The notes under the pieces: model-generated | Databases searched by the model: none | Told to the model about the DNA's origin: nothing | The model's input: the letters and a program-made list of their open reading frames with translations, nothing else | Translations under genes and position numbers: made by a program | From: Deinococcales bacterium | GTDB lineage: Bacteria > Deinococcota > Deinococci > Deinococcales > JAAFIG01 | DNA: 64,000 bases | NCBI GenBank assembly: GCA_043778225.1 | Contig: JAYWGM010000094.1 | Span: 90,267 to 154,266 of the forward strand | Direction of reading: 5' to 3' | Part shown: positions 9,532 to 18,274 of the stretch, in pieces | Layout of the letters: each line of letters opens with the position of its first letter | Position numbering within the stretch: the first letter of the stretch is position 1

Positions 9532-10745
9532 ACACCGTTGCGACTGTTCCCGCAGAACTCCTTGAAAGCGCTGGTTGGACTGCCTTTGAATGGCTTTTAA
9601 GCGGCGAATTAATTTTGATTACTCGAGCGCCCAAATGGATGCAGTCTTTGATTGTTGGCGGGCAACTCGAAGCCAGTGCCTCACCTTTTTTAGATAACTT
9701 TTTAATTGATGCACGGGTGTTTTGGGCAGAAGAAAAAGTTGGGCGCTTACGCAGTGGCATCTGGCTCGAGCCAAGCGGTGCTGGTACAGAACAAGCCCTC
9801 GAAGCGACAGCCGTTCACAGCCAAGAACGGGCATATTTACTGCTCGAGGTTTTGGGCGGCAAATTTAACGAACAGACCAAAATTTTACAAGCGGCTCGAG
9901 AATCACACCTTGAATCGCAGCATTTGCGCCAAGAAGTGCGCGACCTCAGAGACCAAAGTAAAAGCCTTGAGCGTTCCATGCTCGAGTTGGCTGGCAAGAT
10001 GACCAGCAGCAGCCAAATTCAAGCCGAGGCTTTACTTTACGATGCCAAACGCGCCGCCGAGCGCTCGGAAAAAATTCAGAGTCAATACCTTGCCCAACTC
10101 GCCCATGAACTCCGCACCCCGTTAAGCGTGATTCTATGGATTTCGGACACGCTCGAGAATTCTTCGCTCGACTCCGAGCAACGCCAACAACTGGTTCAAC
10201 TTGAGGATGCCGCCAAGCACTTAAACTTGGTCACGACCGACTTGCTCGATTTCTTTAAGCTCGAGGCTGGCGCACGCCCACCAGTTCGCGCCCTTTTTGA
10301 GCTCGATGAATTTGCCCGTTCTTGTATGCGCGACCTACTCGAGACCGCCAAAGCCAAAGGCATCGAAATGAATGTTCGCGCCCCCGAAAGCCTACCGATT
10401 GCGGCTGACCAACGCCAACTGCGCCAAGTGCTGCACAATTTACTTGCCAATGCGATTAAATTTACCGATGCTGGCGGCAGCATCATCATCGAAGCACTGG
10501 CACTTGGCAGCAACCTCGAGCTTAGGGTCATCGACACAGGCATCGGCATTGCGCCAAGCGATATTCCCAAGCTCTTTATGCCCTTTGGCAAACTCGAGAA
10601 CCCAGAATACAATCCCGACGGCACAGGTTTAGGCTTGGTGATTGCCCAACGGATTGTTGAAGCCCACGGCGGTAGTATTAAAGTCTCGAGCGCTCCGGGC
10701 TTAGGCAGTACCTTTACGGTGATTTTGCCACAGGTGTTAAATTAG
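9528..10745 (+). CDS. Cytoplasmic sensor histidine kinase (HisKA + HATPase)
   Basis: AHELRTPL, QVLHNLLANAIKFT, DTGIGI, GTGLGL; no TM segment. Confidence 0.95.
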   Translation: MNTVATVPAELLESAGWTAFEWLLSGELILITRAPKWMQSLIVGGQLEASASPFLDNFLIDARVFWAEEKVGRLRSGIWLEPSGAGTEQALEATAVHSQERAYLLLEVLGGKFNEQTKILQAARESHLESQHLRQEVRDLRDQSKSLERSMLELAGKMTSSSQIQAEALLYDAKRAAERSEKIQSQYLAQLAHELRTPLSVILWISDTLENSSLDSEQRQQLVQLEDAAKHLNLVTTDLLDFFKLEAGARPPVRALFELDEFARSCMRDLLETAKAKGIEMNVRAPESLPIAADQRQLRQVLHNLLANAIKFTDAGGSIIIEALALGSNLELRVIDTGIGIAPSDIPKLFMPFGKLENPEYNPDGTGLGLVIAQRIVEAHGGSIKVSSAPGLGSTFTVILPQVLN

Positions 10746-10905
10746 CGATTGAAGAAGTTGGCAATTTTATTTTCCAAAGCCCAAGCCTTGTGCGAAAGGC
10801 AAATTCGGATACGCATGGCAAGGGCGAAGGGATTTTACGGCGCATAGTGATTACCTTAAAACCGACAAGCGCGTCTCGAGTTACACTCAGGCAGTCATGG
10901 CGTGA

Positions 10906-11061
10906 CGGTAGCCAACATCAGGGTCTGACACCGAATTAACTTAATCACTCTCGTTTGCCAAAAAACGGCAAACTGTCGTTCTCGCGTTAAACTCGGTATC
11001 GTTAATACTCCCGTTGGTCGGGTAAAGAATCAAAAAGCAATTCTTTACCTTAATTTGGTAT
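10906..11061 (-). other. Structured intergenic element, copy A (small repeat or ncRNA candidate)
   Basis: Hairpin GGTAAAGAAT/ATTCTTTACC, linker CGACCAACGGGAGTA, long stem with apical TTTGCCGTTTTTTG; shares motifs with 57024-57146. Confidence 0.6.
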
Positions 11062-11078
11062 GATGCTACACTGCACTT

Positions 11079-11312
11079 ATGTCGCAAGTTACCACTCGAG
11101 AAGCAGCCCTCGAAGCACTAAAAAGCCTACCTGACGACTCGAGTTTAGACGAAATTATTGAGCGCTTAATTCGGCTCAAGCCTGAAAAAGTGATTCCATA
11201 CCCAGCCGCACAAAAACTTGAACCGCGCCTGCCAACCATTGTGCCACGCAATGGGAAACTGGTCAGCACGGGCATCCGCGAATTACGAGACGAGCGCGAG
11301 AACAATCTGTGA
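11079..11312 (+). CDS. Putative antitoxin (VapB position)
   Basis: 77 aa, leaderless TACACT-N6-ATG, overlaps the PIN toxin start. Confidence 0.7.
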   Translation: MSQVTTREAALEALKSLPDDSSLDEIIERLIRLKPEKVIPYPAAQKLEPRLPTIVPRNGKLVSTGIRELRDERENNL

Positions 11313-11734
11313 ACTTATTCCTCGACTCGAGCGCCCTAGTAAAACTTTATATTCTCGAGCCAGACAGTCAAAAAGTAATAACCGCAGTACGAAATGCCAG
11401 AAAAATATGCGTCAGTACCCTAGCCCTCCCAGAAATCGTCAGTGTATTCACAAGACGCGCCGAAGAAGGAGTTCTCACCAAAGCCGAGGCGCAACAAGCC
11501 TTTGCCGAACTACTGCGCGACTGGGAAAATCTGATTCGCTACCCACTCGAAAATTATATTGCCAAAGAAGCAGGCAGCCTTGCACAATCTCGAGGATTAC
11601 GCGGCGCAGATGCAGTACAACTTGCCACAGCCGCCGTGATAGCTCGAGATGAATGCCATGTTCGGTTACTGGCATTTGACCAGAAATTAAACGAAGCCGC
11701 CAATGGAATCGTGAAGTTGTATGAAGATGAATAG
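11309..11734 (+). CDS. vapC: PIN-domain VapC toxin
   Basis: LFLDSSALVKLY..E, LRGADAVQLATA, AFDQKL. Confidence 0.9.
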   Translation: MNLFLDSSALVKLYILEPDSQKVITAVRNARKICVSTLALPEIVSVFTRRAEEGVLTKAEAQQAFAELLRDWENLIRYPLENYIAKEAGSLAQSRGLRGADAVQLATAAVIARDECHVRLLAFDQKLNEAANGIVKLYEDE

Positions 11735-11797
11735 TCCATTCTCGAGTATCAAATTCAATTGCATTTCAGGCGGTTTGAAAAATTATTATCAGTCACA

Positions 11798-11913
11798 GGG
11801 CGAACACGGGGGTTCGCGCCCTACCTGACGTATTTTCGTGCCAGTATTGTAGGGACAGACCCTTCTTGACCATAAACACGCACCTATCGGGCATGGTCGC
11901 CTGTGTCTGTCCT
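11798..11913. repeat. Pair of GTAG-type REP-like palindromes
   Basis: GGGCGAAC...GTTCGCGCCCTAC (11798-11824) facing GTAGGGACAGAC...GTCTGTCC (11849-11912). Confidence 0.65.
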
Positions 11914-11979
11914 GCCATTCCCACATTTTGGTTGCATTTCCAAAGGCTGCTGTATGCTCGAGCCTTGGCTTTTCATTTC

Positions 11980-12125
11980 TTGCTCGAGAATCACATTTTT
12001 ATCTTCGGAATTACGTTTATTCCAGTTGGCAAGTGTCAGGCTTGTGCGTGGATGACTTTGTTGGTCAATAAAATTCCAATACCAACCATAAAATGAGCAA
12101 GCGCTCGAGCCAATCGTTTCTTGGG
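11980..12125 (-). pseudogene. Detached diverged copy of the photolyase 3' end
   Basis: Translates ETIGSSACSF..WYWNFIDQ..SHPRTSL.LANWNKR...DK..ILEQ, aligning with 55498-55659. Confidence 0.85.
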
Positions 12126-12184
12126 TCATGCCATTAGTGATGTGGCTTGCTGCCAAATAGCCCAAAGTACCGTAAACTCGAGCC

Positions 12185-13291
12185 ATGAAAAGATTTCTGC
12201 TCTTTATTGGTGCGACACTGGTGGCTTGCGCTCCAGCCTCAATGCGTTCGCTCGAGCCATTTGTTGAACGTAAACCCGACCCAATTCTCGACCAAGGCGC
12301 ACATAAAGCCCCAATCGAATGGTGGTACTTAAACGCCCATTTGGTCACAAAAACTGGCACAAAAGGTATTGCCGCCGCTATTTTTCAGGTTTATATCCCA
12401 GACAACACGCCCTATAACCTCGCCAGTCTGTTCCCAAATGCTTTGTTCTTTGGGCATTACAGCATTGTGGATAAACAGAGCGGTCTGTTCCAAAGCAGTG
12501 AGTACAGCACCGTCCCACGGGCGAAACCTGATGTTGCCACAACCGTTGGCTTTGCCGAAACCAGCCGTATGAATGTTGGCTTGGGCGATTGGCGCATGAC
12601 TCGAGAAAGCAACGGCATTTACACCGCCAAATTTGGCATCAAAAACCGCGAGACCGTAGACCTTAAATTACGCCCAACCCGCCCCGAAGCGATTCATGGA
12701 CCCGGCTGGAGCGGCAACCTCGAGACGGGCAGAATGTATTACACCAGTGCCACACGGCTCGAGATTAGCGGCACATACAACGGCGAACCTGTGGGTGGCA
12801 TCGCTTGGCTCGACCATCAATGGGGCGGTGGGCTTGGGGCTGGCGGCGATGGCAGTGCCAGTTCCTCGCCACGTTGGGATTGGATGAGCATGAATCTCGA
12901 GGATGGGCGCGACATTATGCTTTACAGTTTACGCAACGAAAAAGGCGTGGTTTCTGACCGTTTTGCCAGCATTGTTAAACCAGACGGCAGCACCACCGAA
13001 GAACGCAACTTTGAAATGCAGCCTTGGGACTATTGGGAATCGCCAACCAGTGGCGGCAAATACCCTGTGCGCTGGTATGTGCGCCTTAAAGACGGCACAG
13101 TCTTAAACATTAAGCCAGTCGTCAACGCCCAAGAAGTCGAAGCTCGAGCCACGGCGGGCTTTAATTATTACGAAGGCGCAATCAGTATTTCTGGCACAAC
13201 AAGAGGCGTGGGCTACATGGAATTAACGGGCTATACGCCAATGAAGAACCCATTCGCCAATCCGTTCTCGTTTATTGAACCGACCAAATAA
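12185..13291 (+). CDS. Lipocalin-like CrtC/AttH-family lipoprotein
   Basis: Lipobox LVAC; EWWY, WLDHQWG, WDW, YYEG, GYMELTGY. Confidence 0.85.
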   Translation: MKRFLLFIGATLVACAPASMRSLEPFVERKPDPILDQGAHKAPIEWWYLNAHLVTKTGTKGIAAAIFQVYIPDNTPYNLASLFPNALFFGHYSIVDKQSGLFQSSEYSTVPRAKPDVATTVGFAETSRMNVGLGDWRMTRESNGIYTAKFGIKNRETVDLKLRPTRPEAIHGPGWSGNLETGRMYYTSATRLEISGTYNGEPVGGIAWLDHQWGGGLGAGGDGSASSSPRWDWMSMNLEDGRDIMLYSLRNEKGVVSDRFASIVKPDGSTTEERNFEMQPWDYWESPTSGGKYPVRWYVRLKDGTVLNIKPVVNAQEVEARATAGFNYYEGAISISGTTRGVGYMELTGYTPMKNPFANPFSFIEPTK

Positions 13292-13294
13292 ATT

Positions 13295-13975
13295 TTAAGC
13301 TGTGCCGCGTAATCGCTCGATACCCTCGAGAATTAGTTCAAGTCCAATTTCAAATTCGTTGGCATAGGCATAACCTGGTTGGAGAACGTGATGAAATGCC
13401 ATTTCGGTCAGGTATGGGTACTCGTAAGACGGCATTTGAGCCATCATCACGCCAACGACATCTGCGGTATCGTCAGCGTTTTTGAATGGCAAATTGATTT
13501 GAGTCAGCGCAAAGCCGTAAATATAACAGTCCAGCACCGAATAAGCATGGGCTGTGGCAAGCACCGAAAAGCCATTTTCGCGCAGGCAACCAAGCACTGC
13601 ATTGTGATGCTGCATTGTGGCAGCACCCGGCACAGTGCCTGATTCCATGATTCCAACTGCCCAAGGGTGCTTTATCAGGGCTTGGTGCGCCGAGATTGAT
13701 CGGCAGCGCAGGGCGGTTTTCCAGTCATCGTCTCGAGACGGCAAAACTATTTCTGTAAAGACAAGGTTAATCATGCCGTCTTTAAGGTCGTTTTTATTGG
13801 CGACATGGTGATAGATAGACATCGCTTCGACGGATAACTCGACAGCCAGTCTACGCATCGTCAGGGCATGAATTCCTTCTCGGTCGGCGATTTGCACGGC
13901 GGTGAGCAGCACTGTGTCTCGAGTGAGGCGAATGCGTGGTTCGGTGGTTTTTGTGGTTTTGCTTTTGATGCTCAC
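13295..13975 (-). CDS. TetR family transcriptional regulator (TetR_C type)
   Basis: [25 protein letters not shown]-terminal [11 protein letters not shown]; leaderless TAAGAT-N6-GTG. Confidence 0.93.
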   Translation of the reverse strand: MSIKSKTTKTTEPRIRLTRDTVLLTAVQIADREGIHALTMRRLAVELSVEAMSIYHHVANKNDLKDGMINLVFTEIVLPSRDDDWKTALRCRSISAHQALIKHPWAVGIMESGTVPGAATMQHHNAVLGCLRENGFSVLATAHAYSVLDCYIYGFALTQINLPFKNADDTADVVGVMMAQMPSYEYPYLTEMAFHHVLQPGYAYANEFEIGLELILEGIERLRGTA

Positions 13976-14029
13976 TTGACAATCTTACAGCGTAAGGCTA
14001 TACTCGGTCAACTACCTTACAGCGTAAGG
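13976..14029 (+). promoter_or_regulatory. Sigma70 promoter with two TetR operators
   Basis: TTGACA-N17-TATACT (13976-14004); palindrome CTTACAGCGTAAG at 13984-13996 and 14016-14028. Confidence 0.85.
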
Positions 14030-14146
14030 CAGATAATTATAGGCAAAAACAAGGCTAAACACAAAGCACCCCGACACTTGGGTGGTTTAGCGATTATTGC
14101 CAAAATATGGCAGGACTTTAGCGTTTGCTTGTGTTAGGAGAAAATT

Positions 14147-15121
14147 ATGAAAGCCATTGTCGCTACAAAATACGGAACACCAGATGTCCTCGAGCTTCAA
14201 GAAATGACAAAACCCACGCCCAAGGATAACGAAGTTTTGATTAAAGTCCTTGCAACTTCGGTCAATGCCGCCGACTGGCATTTGCTGCGCGGCGACCCGT
14301 TTATGATTCGTTTACTGTACGGACTGTTCAGCCCAAAAAATACGATTCTCGGAGCTGATATTGCCGGACAAGTCGAAGCCGTCGGTCAAGATGTCAAGCG
14401 TTTTCAAGTCGGTGATGAGATTTTTGGCGATAATGCCAATGGTGGGTTTGGTGGGTTTGCCGAGTATGTCTGCGTTCAAGCCGATGGATTTGTATTAAAA
14501 CCAAAATCCCTGACTTTTGAGCAAGCCGCAGCCGTGCCAATGGCAGCCGTGACTGCTCTGCAAGGGCTGCGTACACTCGGTCAGATTCAATCAGGACAAA
14601 AAGTTTTAATTCATGGTGCGTCTGGTGGTGTAGGCACATTTGCTGTGCAAATCGCCAAGTCGTTTGACACCCAAGTCACGGCGGTCTGTAGTGCAACAAA
14701 AGTCGAAATGATGCGCTCGCTAGGCGCAGACCATGTGATTGATTACAATCGAGAAGATTTTAGCAAAAACGGTGTGCAGTACGACCTCATCCTAGCTGCC
14801 AACGGAAATCGGTCTATTTATGATTACAAACGGGCATTAAGTCCAAAAGGCATTTATGTGATGACCGGAGGTTCTATGCGGCAAATCATGCAAAGTCTGC
14901 TGCTTGGACCGCTTATTTCAATGACAGGAACACAAAAAATGCTTGGTTTACAAGCCGCTCCAAATCAAAAAGATTTAGCCTTTATCAATCAACTGCTCGA
15001 GACTGGCAAAGTTGTCCCCGTTATGGATCGGAGTTATCCACTAAACCAAGTTCCTGACGCATTGCGATACCTAGAACAAGGACACGCCAAAGGAAAAGTG
15101 GTCATTAGCCTTGCAACATAG
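14147..15121 (+). CDS. NAD(P)-dependent medium-chain dehydrogenase/quinone oxidoreductase
   Basis: SVNAADW, VLIHGASGGVG, GADHVIDY, GHAKGKVV. Confidence 0.93.
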   Translation: MKAIVATKYGTPDVLELQEMTKPTPKDNEVLIKVLATSVNAADWHLLRGDPFMIRLLYGLFSPKNTILGADIAGQVEAVGQDVKRFQVGDEIFGDNANGGFGGFAEYVCVQADGFVLKPKSLTFEQAAAVPMAAVTALQGLRTLGQIQSGQKVLIHGASGGVGTFAVQIAKSFDTQVTAVCSATKVEMMRSLGADHVIDYNREDFSKNGVQYDLILAANGNRSIYDYKRALSPKGIYVMTGGSMRQIMQSLLLGPLISMTGTQKMLGLQAAPNQKDLAFINQLLETGKVVPVMDRSYPLNQVPDALRYLEQGHAKGKVVISLAT

Positions 15122-15391
15122 AGCCTCCGAAAGAATGAATCATCATCGCCAAAACAGGGCGGGTACAAGATCCGCCCCTACAAAAAATCATGTTTTTGAC
15201 CTTGTAGGGCGCGAGCGACCCAAGCGCCCAAGCCCGACAGGTGCTGTTCTAGGGGCAAGAAGCCCGTGAGGTGCTGCTTTCAGGGTCAAGAACCCTTGTG
15301 GTCGCCCTGCTCTTCTGACCAACCAATAAATTGCAAAATTCCCGAGAAATACAGGCTTTTCGGAGGCTCTACAGGCTTTTCGGAGGCTCTA
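15119..15391. mobile_element. 273-bp MITE-like element carrying REP-like palindromes
   Basis: 14-bp TIR TAGAGCCTCCGAAA / TTTCGGAGGCTCTA; 8-bp flanking direct repeat TTGCAACA (15111-15118, 15392-15399). Confidence 0.8.
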
Positions 15392-15431
15392 TTGCAACAT
15401 AAATAAGCCTTGCAACATAAAAAGGAGTGAT

Positions 15432-16097
15432 ATGACCAAAACATCTACACCCAACAAACTCGAGTGGCTGATTCCCGCAGCCCTTATCCTACTGGCTTTA
15501 GTTCCTTCTGGCTCAGGGGTTGTACGGTTACTAGAGCAGAGTAACAGCGCAACCATCATCACCCCCGAGAATCAGCGCTTCTTTGCCAATCCGCTGCCCA
15601 TCGTGGCGCATAGCCTGAGCGGCATTTTGTTCTTGATTTTGGGAGCCTTGCAGTTTGCCCCAAGGTTGCGCCGCCCGAAACCAGGTTGGCACAAAATGTT
15701 CGGGCGGATACTCATCCCCTGCGGGTTGGTCGTGGCGTTTTCGTCTTTGTGGATGATCCACGCTTATGCTCTGCCCAAATACGACGGTGCGCTGGTGTAC
15801 GGAACACGACTGGTATTTAGTGCATGGATGATCCTGACGATTGTGGTGGGGGCTGTTGCCATTTATCGGCGGGATTTTAACAACCACGGAGTTTGGATGA
15901 CTCGAGCCTATGCCGTCGGAGCGGGAGGAAGCACACAGGTATTCACGGCTGCGCCATTGTTTCTCTTCTTTCCCGAACATCTGAATGACTTAACCAGAGC
16001 CATCAGCCTTGGGGCTGGCTGGGTCATCAACTTCGCCGTTGCCGAATGGGTTATCCGGCGCAGACTTCAGTCCAAGCAAAAAGGAGCGACTGCATGA
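15432..16097 (+). CDS. DUF2306-type membrane protein
   Basis: Multiple TM helices; H....G...LG.LQF, WHK..GR, H..WM.RAY. Confidence 0.85.
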   Translation: MTKTSTPNKLEWLIPAALILLALVPSGSGVVRLLEQSNSATIITPENQRFFANPLPIVAHSLSGILFLILGALQFAPRLRRPKPGWHKMFGRILIPCGLVVAFSSLWMIHAYALPKYDGALVYGTRLVFSAWMILTIVVGAVAIYRRDFNNHGVWMTRAYAVGAGGSTQVFTAAPLFLFFPEHLNDLTRAISLGAGWVINFAVAEWVIRRRLQSKQKGATA

Positions 16098-16181
16098 ACC
16101 CAAACCGCTACCAACCCTCGAGCCAAGGAGAACACTCAATAGAATCAAAAAGCCAACACACCACATTTCCTAGAACTGCTT

Positions 16182-17942
16182 TTACAAGGCTTTGAATTGC
16201 TCGAGCCAAGATTTGACAACTGCAAAGCCGCTTTCCCAGAATTTTGGGTCTTTGGTATCTATGCCCAGTTCTGCGAGTAAAACGGCTGGACTGGCTTTGT
16301 TGCCACTGGCAAGAAAACGCTTGTATTTTGGTGCAAACGTGCTTGCTCCCTCGAGTTTATATTGTTGGTACAGCGCCAAGACCAGCAGCATTCCAAAAGC
16401 ATAGGAGTAACAGTAGAAACGGTAGTTCAGGGTGTGCGGAATGCTGCTCCATGCCCAAGCATCGCCGTCGGTAAATTGGACGGCATCGCCATAAATATCT
16501 TTTAGGGTCTCGAGCCAAAGTTCACTAAACCGCGCACTCGAGACGACACCTTTGCCGCGTTCCTCGTGGGCTTTAAGTTCCCATTGCGTAATCTGGACTT
16601 GCCTAAAAAGAGTGCTGGCGGCTTTCTCGAGCAGACCAGCCAATATCTCGCGTTTTTGAGTTGGTGTGGCGGTCTCGAGCAGCACATCGGCAAGCAGCAT
16701 CTCGGCAAAGGTACTGGCGGTTTCAGCAAGGCTGGTGGTGTGACCCGAATTGACGGGTTTTTGAATACGGCTTAACTCGTGGTGTACACCATGTCCGAGT
16801 TCATGCGCCAGCGTAAAGACATCATCTATGCGTTCGTTATAATTGAGTAAAATAAAGGCGGGGTCGTTGGGGTTTGAACCCCAGCAGTACGCGCCGCCAC
16901 GTTTGCCTGCACGCGGCAGGACATCAATCCGCCCATTAAAAAAGTCAGCCGCAAGGTCTTTAATGCTTGGGTCAAGGCGTTCAAAGGCTTTAAGCACAAG
17001 CTCTTTACCTGTGGCATAATCAAAGGTTTCATCCACCGCTTCCAGAGGCGCAAGCACATCAAAACTTGAGAAGTCGGTAATACCGAGTATGTTGGCTTTG
17101 AGCTTAAAGAATTCTTGAATCACGCCGACGTTTTTAGCGGTGGCATCAAAAAGCATCTGTACATCTTCACGGGTAATCCCGTCGTTGATGACCGTAGGCT
17201 CGAGCAAATGCGGATAGCCGCGCAGTTCGAGCGTTTCTTGTTTGTAATCTTGAAAAACGGTATTAAAAATATAACTTAAAACGTGTTCGCGCTCTTCAAA
17301 AGCAGCAAAAAGTGCGGTTGTGGCTTCTCGGCGGATATTTCTATCGGCTCGAGTCCGCAGCGCCCGCACTTGGTCGAGGGTTAAAAGTTTTTCTTGTCCA
17401 TCTATGGTAAAAGGGATTTTAATGTTGCTGCAAATCTCGCCGTACAACTGTACCCAAGCCTGAATACCCGTTAAGTTTTTTTGACGCAATACTTGTTCCT
17501 CGAGTTCAGAGCGCTGATAAGGCATGGATTTACGCGCCTCAGACAAAAAATAAGTGTAATCGGATAATTCTGGGGCAGCCGACCAGGCGCTAAAAACGTC
17601 ATCGGGTAAAGCGGCTAACTCGAGCCACGCAAAAGTGAGGGTATTAGAGATTTTAGCGTGGATACCACGCAACATATCCAGCAAGGCTTTTGCCTCGAGA
17701 TTAGCCGTATCCAAGTCAAAACTCAGTCGGGCAAACCAGACTGGGCGGTTGGCAAGTTTGGAGATGCTATAAAGCTCCTCAAGGGCGGTTAAAGCGGCTG
17801 TCGGCTCGAGGCTCGAGAGTTTACTTTTATAGGCAGTTGCAAAGGCATCAGCACGGCTTTGGGCAGTTTTAAGGTCGGTGTGCAGTTGTGGGTTGGTTAG
17901 GCTCTGGTATAACAACCCAAGATTCCAAGTTAAATCATTCAT
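16182..17942 (-). CDS. M3 family oligoendopeptidase F
   Basis: GKRGGAYC, TLAHELGHGVH, AETASTFAE; start from TACACT-N7-ATG. Confidence 0.93.
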   Translation of the reverse strand: MNDLTWNLGLLYQSLTNPQLHTDLKTAQSRADAFATAYKSKLSSLEPTAALTALEELYSISKLANRPVWFARLSFDLDTANLEAKALLDMLRGIHAKISNTLTFAWLELAALPDDVFSAWSAAPELSDYTYFLSEARKSMPYQRSELEEQVLRQKNLTGIQAWVQLYGEICSNIKIPFTIDGQEKLLTLDQVRALRTRADRNIRREATTALFAAFEEREHVLSYIFNTVFQDYKQETLELRGYPHLLEPTVINDGITREDVQMLFDATAKNVGVIQEFFKLKANILGITDFSSFDVLAPLEAVDETFDYATGKELVLKAFERLDPSIKDLAADFFNGRIDVLPRAGKRGGAYCWGSNPNDPAFILLNYNERIDDVFTLAHELGHGVHHELSRIQKPVNSGHTTSLAETASTFAEMLLADVLLETATPTQKREILAGLLEKAASTLFRQVQITQWELKAHEERGKGVVSSARFSELWLETLKDIYGDAVQFTDGDAWAWSSIPHTLNYRFYCYSYAFGMLLVLALYQQYKLEGASTFAPKYKRFLASGNKASPAVLLAELGIDTKDPKFWESGFAVVKSWLEQFKAL

Positions 17943-18155
17943 GCCCTCGAGTGTACTGATTGTGCAGTGTCGGTGTAGCCCCAATGTGAAAGTTGAACTG
18001 GCTCGAGATACCATCACCAAAGACGTGTACAAGACATTTTGAACTTATTTTGTTGTAATAGAGCATCGCCAAAGCGGATTTTCGAGCAGCAAGCCCTGCA
18101 AGGTTGAGGCGCAAATGTCGTGGTCTTGATAAGCTGTGAAACTCGAGAAGGTTAG

Positions 18156-18234
18156 AGTTTACGCCCAGTTTACACCCACTTTGTATAATCTATTCAGTTT
18201 GCGTTGATTGATGCTTCTAAAAAAGCACCAACGC
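18156..18234 (+). promoter_or_regulatory. Promoter of the lectin-cytolysin operon with an 11-bp direct repeat and a 5'-UTR hairpin
   Basis: AGTTTACGCCC/AGTTTACACCC tandem, TATAAT at 18184-18189, GCGTTG...CAACGC stem downstream. Confidence 0.55.
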
Positions 18235-18274
18235 CACTGCCCTACCTTTGATACCGATGTATAAGGAGATTTCT

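Noticed and set aside
10835..10980. tmRNA (GNHYAP-stop resembles a tag peptide)
   Set aside because: No tRNA-like ends or ALAA terminus, and the resembling pieces lie on opposite strands
10906..11061. 6S RNA, T-box, known riboswitch or integron attC
   Set aside because: Terminal stem too short for 6S, no T-box or riboswitch consensus, no integrase; left as an unassigned element
11884..12360. 158-aa minus-strand ORF as a real gene
   Set aside because: Chimera of antisense lipoprotein sequence and the photolyase remnant
12185..13291. Calling this gene crtC (carotenoid hydratase)
   Set aside because: Fold family only; it is a lipoprotein and is not linked to crtB
17945..18150. Possible small gene or remnant between the oligoendopeptidase and the cytolysin-like gene
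   Set aside because: Open frame without a convincing start or recognisable motif
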